The translations under genes were made by a program, and so were the position numbers. This document shows positions 38,587 through 50,689 of a DNA stretch of 64,000 nucleotides, piece after piece. Each line of letters begins with the position of its first letter. Position 1 is the stretch's first letter. This stretch comes from Lepidodermella squamata (Eukaryota > Animalia > Gastrotricha): assembly GCA_047495785.1 (NCBI GenBank), contig JBLDXI010000001.1:1984001-2048000 (forward strand). The letters are read 5' to 3'. The notes under the pieces were generated by a model that searched no databases, was not told the origin of the DNA, and worked only from the letters and a program-made list of their open reading frames with translations.

Positions 38587-41500
38587 TACTGATACCTTTG
38601 TTTTCATTCGAAACCGTGCAATTATACACAATATTTTCTATAGAGAGCGGCAAACCAATCATCGCGGCATGCAAATTTCTAGTCATTTATATTTTTTCGA
38701 TTTTATTCATCTCGAGCGGTTAATTTATAATCAAAAATTTTCAAACGCCATCTCTCCCCGACGATCTGCCATTTGTTATTCAACTTTTCTTCTCGTTGTA
38801 AAACTGTACTAGCCATAATCACACAACCCAAAACGATCAACTGCCTTCACTTCAAGATTTTTGTATCTTTTTTTCTGCTCCAAGCCACAAAATACACACG
38901 AGTTACTTTCGGGCAATGAGTGACATATTCTCCTTTCATTATATATTTTTGTCGAAAATCGTGTAAATTACATCGAGTATAACAATCGAATAGGTATAAA
39001 TAATTGGGCCGCCCAGAAAGATCGAACGGGCCTGATTGTTTGTTTACTTGCACCATTTTTATGCTCGATGTTATTTATTTACGCAAGGCGAAATCGCGCA
39101 CTGTCCCAGTTTTCCGCAGTCGCAGATACCGCAAGGCTTATAATATTGATAGAGTGAGATAAAAATAATGTACAACGTAAAATTGGCCCCTTTCCGGATT
39201 TGATTGCCATGTTCCGCTTCATCTCGTCGCGCACTTTGCTGCAGAAGCGAGAGCCACAAATAGTTAAATCGCCGTTGTTTTATCAAGTTCAACATCTATC
39301 TTAATGTAAATTATCATCATCACAACAACAGCAATCGTGTAAGACGCTTTTATGATGTCGTATTTATATGACAAACAGATCCTCCTAAGATACCTATACT
39401 TCTCTGATTGGAATGCAAGGTAAAGGGCTATTTTTGTAGTACTATTTTTCAGAAATTGGTTACAGACTATTTTCCGCCTTCTCTATAATATAATATTATA
39501 TCTAATTTTTACAAATAACTATATATTATATTGTTTCGAATAATAAAATTATTTTATTCTGCAATTTCCGCGTGTGGCGTTTGCTCATAACTGCCACCCT
39601 TTTTTCGGATTTATACAAATTTAGTTGGGAATGACAAGTTTTTCTACTTTTTGAACAATGCCTTTAATATATACATGCGAAAAATATTGTAAACACTTAT
39701 TTTAAATCAAATTTTAAACTCCATATTTTGAAAGCGGAAACGTTTCCTCGTGTCTCTATTTTTTCGCCTCTTCCTCTTTGTTTTTTTTTATACACGCGAA
39801 TTATTATGAATGTTGACGCTGTACAATCGAATTCAATTAAAATTTGGTGAAACCGGAAAGAAATTCGGCGTGCTCTTTTCTCTCTCTCTCTCTCTCACAC
39901 AAACTCTTTTTCTCTTCTATACAAAAAAAAACAACGACAGGTGAGAAAAAACACAATGTTATAATGTATTCTATTCTTGAATTGGCGATAGCGTCATTTC
40001 ATATCATGAGTGATGCGTTGTTGTGCAGTATACATTATATCGGAAAAATTTATTCTAAAACTATTATATTTGAGCAAATTAAAAGGAGAAGCGATTATAA
40101 CAGCAAATTGTTGTGGTTTTATGAACCCTCTATAATAATTAAGATGGCTGCAGGAGATACGCAGATTTCAGACGCTGATGAGCAAATCGATTTTTTTCGC
40201 AGATTTTCCGGATGACCAGTTCAAGGGAAAGTTACGGCCTAATTCATCCACAAAATAACAGGCTATGGTGGCCATGCGATCACGGATCAGAAGACGCATA
40301 CATCTCGGCATTGATTTTGCATCATTTTCCGCCATCATGGCCCCTGGCTGCGATGTGTTTCACCGCATTTGTAACGCGAGATCGCATAATATTTACAAAT
40401 GATTTTCGCTATATATAAGGGATATATATAAATTCGCAATGCTTACCTGCTTACCTGCTGCTGTTGTTGGAGAAGCGCACGCTGCGCGCGCATCAGCCAC
40501 GAGGCTAGTCTCAATTTCGCCGCGTGTCAGTGCGAGTCTAAAATAATGACTGGCGGCAAAATGCAAACACAGCTCGAGCTTCTTGCCTTCTTCCTACACG
40601 CGGATCCGGCTAATATTTTTTAGCTACACACCTTAGATTTATTATTGTTATTATTATTATTATTACTACAACATTCTGTGTTATAGGTAAAATTCTACGC
40701 CTTGTAAAATTTTGCCGCAAAGTGACACAGCCGTGAGTAAAATCGTAAACATATTATAGGCAACTTGGCGCGCGTATGTTTGTGGCTAGCTCATATACCT
40801 ACTGAGTCGTATTCGTATTTCAGAACGCGACTGGCGGCCAATTTTAATGGGCGAAGTATATAATATGTCTCTGCTATACAAACATACATCACGGTAATAA
40901 AAATCAGCCGCCAGAAGCTGCGCGCAGATTGCTAGCCGCAATGGAAACAACAATAAAAGGCGCTCACGAATATCGTATTTTCGGCCAATCGATAAGATAT
41001 CAGCATCATCATCATCATCCCACCGTATGCGCGGTTTATATGCCGGCTGGCCAAGGTGTTCTTACGTTTTTTTTTATATATTCTCGCCACCATTATTTCT
41101 TCAGCTACTATCATTGAGTCGGAGATTCGATTATATTTAAACGTGAATTTTATCATTTGTTGCACGTAGCTTCAACACGTAAACGAAGGCGATAAATTAT
41201 TTATTATATAAACTTTTCCGATATACGATCTGCGGTGTACATTTCTATTTTACACAAAGTAATTTGCTGTAGGAAGATAACAATCAGATCAATCATTGCA
41301 GGGGGAACAATGGGGTAGGAGGAAATCGCCGCGTAAAAAGTGCGAGCTACTTTGCGCGCTGAAAAAATATACATATAACATTTTACATTAGTTTCCATCT
41401 TAAATGCCGCTCATCTCGCCGCGCGCGTCCATGTTGTGCCCGCGCGATTATGATCTCACGCCTACATGGGCGAGTACTTGTGTTTTGAGCCGCGTTTCGA

Positions 41501-42741
41501 CACAGAAAACTACTACACATACGAACAGGACGACGACGACGACCGGCATTGACGAGCGCGATGCATAATTGTTGATATAGTAATATTTTCTTCACGGAAA
41601 AGGGGGCAGGCCAAACTTGTGCCGCTGTTGTGACTATTATAATGTAAATCGATCGAAATCAATGCAAGCTACTCAGACTAAGGCATGAACTATTAGAAAT
41701 TAGAATGCTTTCTCCTGCCTATTTTTAGCATACAACGCCACGCGATCACAATCTTGATGTCTTTTCCAGTCACGCCGTAGTCTACTGGGACACCCGGCCA
41801 TTGTCAATTTCGCCCCGAAGCGCCGGCACGGTGTGGATATAGGAAACGAGGCTTTTTAACGTCGGAAGTTGCTCGTTGAAAAGTAAATTCTAGTTAAAGA
41901 GGCCCTTTCATCATCATTATTATTATTATTGTTTGAATTGCCTAGTTGCTTTTGTTATTTTATTCTAAATTTATTTAGAAGCTATTTTAATCTATTTATC
42001 GTTCAAATACATGTTCTACTGCAATATGGTGGAATTAGGCCACGAATTCGTTTGTTGGTGGCAATTGTTCTGATATGTGACTACGTGAGTAACACGGCGA
42101 TTGTCGTCGAACATTATTTTTACTCACACAACAATATTTGGCCAACTGCGATTTGTGTGCGAAATAATATACGGCGCGCGATTTGTTTGTGCAAACCGCA
42201 TCGCGCGCGCGCACCAAACAAAAAGTTCGTGTCTGTGTATAGTAGTACACGGCGACATGGCATTTTAATCGTCGTCGATCGGCGCATCGCAGCAGCATCA
42301 GTGGGGCGCATCGAATACGCACAGGGCAAACAAAGAGCAAGCCGGCGGCTCCATTTTTCGATCGGGGCGCATCATCGGTCGTTGGCGAGAATACAGACGC
42401 GCGTGCCATTTTTCGTCGTCGATTTTTAATATTCATTTTACGGTCATATTTTGCGGCGTGGCGGCGTTGAAGAATAACAATCAGCAATCATCGCTGCTGT
42501 AATTCATCGCTGCCCGACGAACATTCAACAAAAAAAGCTGCCAATCATCAAACATCGTCACAGCTCCAGCTTCACACGCCCGATCTGCTGTTAAATATTG
42601 TTATTCTATTCTAATAATAATAATAATAAATAAACGCCAGCCATGACGGGTACTCATCACGTTCGCGGCTAATAGCCGGGCGAGCAATCTATCGACAAGC
42701 AGAAGGGTGCCATTTTACGGGAAATCACGACTCACGACTAA

Positions 42742-44906
42742 ATGGAAAAAATGCTGCAATTCGTTAAACCGCTGCTGACTTATGCTTTCTCGGTTCTTTT
42801 CCTTATTTTCGTCGAATTTCGCGTTTCAAGTGCCATCAGGTAACCAGCTATACTGTTGCACTATTATTAATCAGCTTCTGTCTTTTATTTCTAGTGAACA
42901 AGATTTTATGCGAGCGGCTTTTCAAAATTACAAAAAAATTCCACCTGGACAGCAGTTGGGAACTGGCCCGACTACGGTTCTTCTCGGAATCTATATCAAC
43001 AGTTTTGATAGCATAAATGAACAAGAAATGGTTGGGAATTTTTAAAGATAGTTTTATACCATCTAGCCAAACAATTTTAATTTAGGACTTCGCCATCAGC
43101 ATTTACCTGCGGCAAAATTGGACTGACACCCGGCTGAAGTACGACCATGTTCCGGAGCTTCGAAATAGAACCTTCCTAAAGCTAGAGGACGCGCTACACG
43201 CCAGAATATGGCTGCCGGATGTTTACTTCCGGAACGAGAAGTCTGCGAAATTTCACTTTATTACGGTGCCGAATCGCATGATGCGCGTTTACTCAAACGG
43301 TGTGGTGTTCTTCGTCTCGAAGTGAGCGAGTGAGCGTTTTCCTAGATTTTAAAGCCAAATATTTCTTTTAGGATCACCGCCACGCTCAGCTGCCCAATGA
43401 ACTTGGAAAAATATCCACTAGACACCCAAGGTTAGATTTTTTATACATAAATGTGATAGGCGTTAAATATTTTTTCCTTTTTCCAGTTTGTCCGATGTAT
43501 CTCGAGAGCTGTAAGTTAATTAGCTGCCGCCGGCTTGAAAAATCGACATTTTTTGCATTTGATATTTAGTTGGATATGGTACTAATGTCGTCCAGTTCCT
43601 ATTTCGGCCTAACGATCCTGTTGAAATGGAGAGTGATTTGCAGCTGTCACAGTTTCAACTCGTCAAATGGAACCTGAAAAATTGCACCGGGTCTAGTACC
43701 TGTTTAAAAATAGAGTGAGCATTGATTTGAAAATTTTGAGCTATAGATCATTGGCCGAATTGAATTTAGATTCGTGTTACGACGTGAAACCGGTTTTTAC
43801 ATGGTTCAGGTCTATGTACCGACGGTTTTAATCGTCATTTTAAGCTGGATCACATTCTGGATCCACGCCGATGCTATACCGGCCCGTACCAGTATTGGCC
43901 TGCTGACTGTACTCACAATGACGACGAAGAGCTCAGCCGCAGGCGCCTCGCTTCCCAAAGTGTCCTACATCAAAGCCATCGATGTGTGGATGTCGGCGTG
44001 CTTGATTTTCGTCTTCTCATCCCTGCTAGAATTCGCTGTTGTGCACGTACTCGCGAGGCGATATGCTCAAGAACAGCAGCTTCAGCAGCAACAGCAGCAA
44101 CAGCCAGCCGCCGGCCAGGGGTCTATGCGGCCTTCTCAGACTGCTGGGACGCCAACCAGCCAGACACGGCAACACCCGCCGCTTGGACCGAATCTTTCGA
44201 ATCGATCCAAGTCTAATAGTGATATTGAAGTAGGTTTGCCCAATCTTTCAACCCAAACCATTGAGCTTCGATTTCTTACGATTTTCTAATGCTGAGATAT
44301 TTTTGGGAAATTTCTATAATTCCAAGCCTCGTTGAAGCCTGGTAACAGGATTTGAGGCAAGGAAATTTAGTTAAGGTGAAGCTCTAGATTATTAAGGTGG
44401 ATGTTTTTGAATTTTGAACGCTCATTCATTTCGCTCTTTTCTCTTTTTTCTAGATGCGACTATTATCAGCTGCTGATGAAAAGGTGACAGATATAACGCT
44501 ACGCGATGAGAGTAGCATGGCTGCTGGGCAGTCGCCGATCGCCAGCGTGCGGTGGCGCCAGGCCGGCTCGCACGACCAGGCGACGTCGAGCGGCGTCGGG
44601 CGGCGGCCGTCGCTGCTGCAAATGATGCCGTTCGAGGACTTTTCGCTGACCCCTGGTGCTGCTGAACAGGTTCCGATGATCGACGCGCACCCGCCCGAGG
44701 TGACGCAGCTGACGAACGTGCCGGTCGCCACGCCGTGCCCGCACGACCCCGGCGCGCCCTATCACCTGTGCCAGCGGTGCCTGACGTGCCGCAAACGCGC
44801 GCCTGCCTTCCAAGCCGTCGACCAATTTTCGCGGGCGTTTTTCCCCATCCTATTTGCGCTTTTCAACGTCGCTTACTGGATATTTTACTTGGTGATTTTG
44901 CCTTGA
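42742..44906 (+). CDS. Anion-selective Cys-loop ligand-gated ion channel subunit (glycine receptor/GluCl-like), 8 coding exons
   Basis: Signal peptide (42742-42839), then [14 protein letters not shown]|[29 protein letters not shown], Cys-loop [22 protein letters not shown]1 [17 protein letters not shown]2 [30 protein letters not shown]4 [27 protein letters not shown] at ~45093. Confidence 0.95.
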
Positions 44907-45850
44907 CGAAAATGGAGCCGACATATACTGCCTGCACTACAGAACTCACAATGCAAAATTACATGTGAAAATTGTAGGACGATCGGTCAACTTAGCATCG
45001 CTTGTTATCAACGCTTCAATTAAATTTTTATCCATTTCGGTTGTCACGCTTCTGATACCTTATCATTGAGAAGAATATATTATAATACACGAAATAAAAA
45101 CGCAATTTTTACTGGAATTTTCCTTTCTTTTTATTCTTTTTTTCATTAAATTCATGATTTATATTGTCACATTGTTGTTCGTCGAGAAATTAAATACACA
45201 GCAGTTGCGGCTGAAACGCACTAGAATTAGCTATTAGAGTTTCCAGTGGAGCAGAGAAAATTAACTTTTTATAGCGGAATATAAATACAACATAAACAAT
45301 ATATGAACGGACGAGAGGGCCAATTGAAAAGCGCGATCTCCTTCAGTAATACAAGCGCGGGGAAATAATATTAGTTTTTTTTCTTCAATAATATCACGAT
45401 TACAAAGACGAGCCAACACCGAAACGGACAAGGCACACGATTACTTTGACGTTACCAGTCATCAGTATAAAATTAAATCGTTTTTTTTTCAGGTTAAAGA
45501 TGCACGAGGATGCAAACGAAAGCGTGTTGATTAGTAAATATGTAGTATCATCGGCTTTTATTTCCAAGATGCTTCAAGACTTTCTTCCGAAAACAACTCG
45601 TGGAATGAAATCGAACAGGCAATTTTAGAGCGCCTGTTTAGCTGTCGAACCAATTTAAATCAAAACGTGAAAAATTAAGGGGGCAGATTTTGTAGCACAC
45701 AGTGGAGAGACATAGCGCGGGGACTCGTCAACAAACTATAGTTAATTATATCAAGCATTTGCAATGAAAAATGAACTTTGAGCCTGGATTTTTCTTTCTT
45801 CTTCTTCGCGTAAACAACGTATAAATAAAGGGTACTATTATATTGCTTTT

Positions 45851-48800
45851 TCACAGCATCAGACTGCGCTCGGTTTTCCCGCTCCGGCTGAAACTGTCGG
45901 TGCGGTGCCACGACGCGCTACTAGTCGCTGCTGTTATGTTCCGCCGGTCGAGTAGCAGCATTTCACTACTCTCGTCGACCGTTTTCAGGTCGCGGCTTTG
46001 TTGCACCGGGAAGGCGTCGAAGAAATTCTCGTCCGCCTCGTCGTCCTCATCGTCGCCGATGAGAACCGCTGAACCGTGGATGGCTAGTGTCGCCGCAGGC
46101 TTCCGCTCGCTTCGAATCACCTTCGCCCCACCATTGTCATCGAATATGTCGTCTGAAACAGAGATATTTAGTACATGGATTGATAAAGAAACCATTAAAT
46201 TTCTCGTCAAAGTCAAAGAAATTTTCTAGATTGCAATTTAGAGCACGGCATGATAAATTATTCCAAAATTCCAATGGGATTTTAAAAAAGTTCCTCCTTA
46301 ATTTTAATCAATTATTCAAAGAGTCAAACCGCTTGTTTTGCCCTCAAAAGGAATTTTTTCTATACATTCGTCAAATGAACGGTAAACAATATGACAGCTG
46401 ATTCAAAGCAAAACAATCTGCCTGTTTTATTCATTTGGAAGCTAGAAGGTCGTTAATTAGCTGATAAAAATGATAAAATGAGCTATTCCATTGTTTACAG
46501 TGCACTTGAGATGCTTTGAGAAACGTTTATTAAGGGTAAAACAAGCTACACCTACTGGGCTTCAAGTTTTGAAATTTTAAAAGAGATAAATTGAAATTCA
46601 GAAGTTGCGCACGGATATGAGTTCACCGAGTATTAACTACAAATATCTCACACGCGCTTTCACTAATTTTAGCCCCAAGTTCGAGTTCGAATAAATCACA
46701 AATATAAAGTAAAACTCGGAGAATTTTAATGGGTTTGAAAACACGAATATTCATGAGGTGCCAATTAAAATTCAGATGCAATTAGGCGAGCAAAATAGTA
46801 AGAAAAATTTGGAGCAATTCTTGGAATTCATCCTGACATATAGCTCACTTGTCATTTTTTGTCTGATTTTTTAGCGCTGATAGTTTCAAGATCCCCATAA
46901 ATACATTCATAATCCTGAAAATATCCTACTTTCATCCCGAGCTATTTTTAGGGCCGGTGAAAAGTGCATAAATCTTGTCCGTTTTTGACCGAAAATAAAC
47001 CATCATCTCGCACTAGCGCACAATTTTAACGAGATTCAAATCCTCTCCACTGAGCGGTTCTGTTGAATCTCCCTGTATTCTATTTTATGTTAGTCAAATG
47101 ACTTAAAATCATTCAGATTTGAGATGATAACAAGAAGGAAGAGTGAATAACATACATAGCACTGCTTTGGTTTGAGCAGCGTCTGAAGTTTTACTGCCAA
47201 TTGATTTTCCACTAGCACTGGACCCAGTTCCACTGCGCCGTGCAGCGTCAATCAGCGGGCTGGGGGTAGATTCATGCGTAACTGTGCCATTGCCCATCGG
47301 CAACAGCCGAACAGCCTCGTGTCGCCTCGCCTCCATCATTTCAGTCTCATCCTCGGCACCGTCATTATCGTAACCAAGCCGCTTACTGCCACCTCGAGGG
47401 TACGGCGAATACGAACTATCCTGGCCGTTCAAGGCCAGATTTTGAAGCAAAACAAATAGCACGGCGAGCAGCAGAGACAGTGCCGCCATGAGGTACGTCA
47501 GAGATTGCGGGTTCCTCACGAAAAAAAATCCGGCAAGAACAGGTAGAACCATTTCGCCACACGCAGCCCCAGCCACCAAAACCGCCGAAATTTTACCAGT
47601 TACCGGCATATAGCGTTCAGTCCACAGAAAACCACTCGCGAAAATCGACGACATGCCTAGACCAGCGATGGCTGAGCAAATCCATAACGCAGCATCGAAC
47701 GACTGGGCCCCAATCAACAGGCCTAACATCGCAACTGTTAACAGTGTCAGATTAATTGCGATCATCGAAGCTGGCCTAAGGTGCTTAGTTAACGGAATAG
47801 CGATACCCCGGCCTGCTGCTAGCGCGCCCCAGAATGCAGACGCGGCATACGCAGCGTCCTGCCTACTCCACTTTTGCGCCCGTTCTGCATACGCCGAGAT
47901 GAACTGGCCAAACGCAACCTCGCCGCCAACGTACAAAAAGTAGAAAATGAACAGCAGAACTAGCAGCTGAATATGAAAACCCGACGGGCACATTGACGTT
48001 TCGGCACGCGACCTCGGTTGTAACAGCTCTTCGTCCGGTTTCAGGTCATCCGGGGTCGTTGCGCCTGGTTCTGCCTCGAACAGTCCGTTTTCAGCGCTGC
48101 TTTCAATCAGCGCCATTCGATCGGCGCACGGCAATTTCAGCCGTTCAGAAGCACCGACCAGCAGAAACCCGGCAGCGATTATGCCAAGAATGATCGCAAC
48201 TATCATATACGCGATATGAACCCTAGAAACGCCACCGCCTTGAAGTACAGGGGCTAAATCCGGGTCCAGTACTGTCGTGGTAGTCGTTTTAGGTGCGGTT
48301 GTGGTCGATGTAGTTGAGCTGGTCGTAGTATTCGGGGTAGTTTGCTGAACAGCCGGGGTTGTAGGCTGTGGATTAACTGGTTTGACCGGTATTACCGGGG
48401 CGACCGTTGAAGGACTGGTCGTAGTAGAAGTTGTAGTCGGTGTCGTACTCGGCGCCGGAGTAGTCGATGTTGAAGTAGTCGTGGAACTAACTATTGACAA
48501 CGTAGTACCAGCATTTACGACAGGAATTGCGGGTTTTAAGGTGGTTGTAGTTGAATTGCTATCGAGTTCGACTGAGCTTGAATTGGAATTGCTTATAGTT
48601 GAGTTTCCCAAATCAATGGCCACAGTCGAAGTTGTGGATGAGCTAGACGAAGCAGGTGTAGGTGGCGCCTCGGCAGGTTTCTCAACAACAGTTTGGTCGC
48701 CTTTCGAGATCTGGTCCTTCTTCAAAGCTCCTTCATTCTTGCTACTGTCAGCCGACTAAAAAAACACATGAAAATTTGAAACTAAAAGCGAAGTATTACT

Positions 48801-50147
48801 TACAGATTGACTTTGGTCCGGGAGAAGAGATCCATCGTTCAAAACCGGTTTATGCCTGGCAGTGGTCGATCCAGTGCCATTAGTCGTAGTACTCAACGGA
48901 CTTGATGCAGTCGATAAAACAGTGGAAGGTGGAATTGTGCTCGATGTAGAAACCGGACTCTCGGTCACCAAAACCGTCAAATTCGCCGCGTTTGGTGGGT
49001 TTGCAGTGGTGGAAGTATTTGAATCAATTTCCCTCGGTGTAGGTGTAATAGGCGATATAGATGTAGTGCTAGTACTTGAAGTTGTAGCTGTAGTTGTAGT
49101 TGGAGTCACTGAAATTATGTCAACTGTGCTAGGCAATTTGACTGTAGTCGTCACGACAACTTCAAGTTTTTCGATATTCAACTGAGTAGGAGGTGAAAAA
49201 GTCGTAGACGGCAACTCAGGCAGCGACATTGCTCTTTTCGTGTCCAAAGTCGGATCGCTTGTTATTAAATTTTCGGAATATTGAAGATCGTAGTTCAAAG
49301 GCGATTCTATATCTCGTCTGCGCCTCGAGAGAATTTCGATGCTGTGATGAGACACGTTTTGATCCAGGGCAACTAAAGACGGTGAGGTGACAGAGGGTGA
49401 GACTGAAAGAAAAGGTTCGGCGATCAACGGCGCCAGGAAAGCACCAAGTCCGAAAGCGAAATGCAGCCCTTGCAAATAGGGCGCGCTCGATTTGCCCCAC
49501 AGGCGAAGTAGCAACACGTTGCCGCCCGTGTCCAGCATACCCATCGCGAAGCCCTGCACGCCAATGAGAACGATAGCGAGGACTAGCGTTGTTGCCCATG
49601 GAAACACCAGCGTTGCAGCGCCGGTGCTCAGCAGTGAGAAGCCGAGTAGCAGCATTTGGTTCATGCGGTCGAATAGAACGCCGCCGATTAGGGAGCCGGA
49701 CAAGTAACCAACCGATCGCCCGGCGAATAGGTACGACATTTGGTCCGTAGTGGACCTGGTCTGAGCTTCCAGATCGAGCAGAGTCGGGCCCGGTAACGCT
49801 ATGCATAAACCCTGAAAAATAACGGAAAGTTATACAAGGAGGACTAAAGACCAAATAAATCTTACCAGGCCAAGAAAAGCTGAAAAAAGTAGGAAGCTGC
49901 GGTACATTTTGCCAGAATTTGACATCTTTTTCGCTAAATTTCCGAAAGCATTGAATTGCGGCCGTTTCGACGTAATCGGAGTCGGTGAAGTTTTCGCTTT
50001 TGACCGCGTTCGATCGCGCTTGAATAAGGTGAGTTCGCCATTACCCGGCGCTCCGTTGCCTCGACCAGGGCTGCTGAAAAGCTCCTGCTCCTCGTCTTCG
50101 GCGTCGGAACCGTGGAGCAAGGCCCCGCCAGCTTCAGCACGAGCCAT
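45851..50147 (-). CDS. MFS transporter, MFSD4/sodium-dependent glucose transporter 1-like, with a very large S/T-rich loop
   Basis: Exons 50147-49866, 49811-48804, 48755-47156 and 46152-45851 join in frame. MFSD4-type motifs: GLCIALPGPTLLDL, GGVLFDR, MGMLDTGGNVLL..LWG, QGLHFAFGLGAFLAP, FLYVGGEVAFGQF, SAFWG..AAGRG, GMSSIF, GEMVLP. Confidence 0.9.
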
Positions 50148-50689
50148 TAATCAAGACACCAGATCGAAGGTAAAGTAATTTACATCTTCTAAAATCTAAA
50201 GATAAAACGGATAAAGTCAATCATTACCTGAAAACTTTATTTTTGCTTTGCGTAATGTTAAATATTAAAGTTACTTGCAAAATGCCACCATCTCGTTGAA
50301 GTATAAAAGTTGAATAACGTTATTAAAAATTTCACAACCATCGTTTTCATTTCACGAACCTGGTTTTTTGCAATTCAAGTGCAAAGAAAGAAGCAAATAT
50401 GATGTAAATTATAGCTGGATTATTAAAAGCAGTAAATTTCAACAAGTATGGTATGGAAGAGCGATTTTGAAAATTTCGTCTAAAACCGAGCCATTTTGCG
50501 CAAAGTTCACAACCTCATCGTATGACTTTATCGGAAAAAAACACAAAAACGCACAATTCTCTTTGCGGCGTTACAAAAATGACAGCAGTAGCAAAGAAAA
50601 ACATGCGGCTATAATTGCGATATATGGGAATATATAATTTGCGTGATTTGATCCGATATCAACACAACAATAACAAATTCGCAGCCTCC

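Noticed and set aside
41929-42487. 166-aa and 150-aa overlapping ORFs upstream of the Cys-loop gene
   Set aside because: Non-ATG starts, low-complexity leader/intron-like composition and no domain resemblance.
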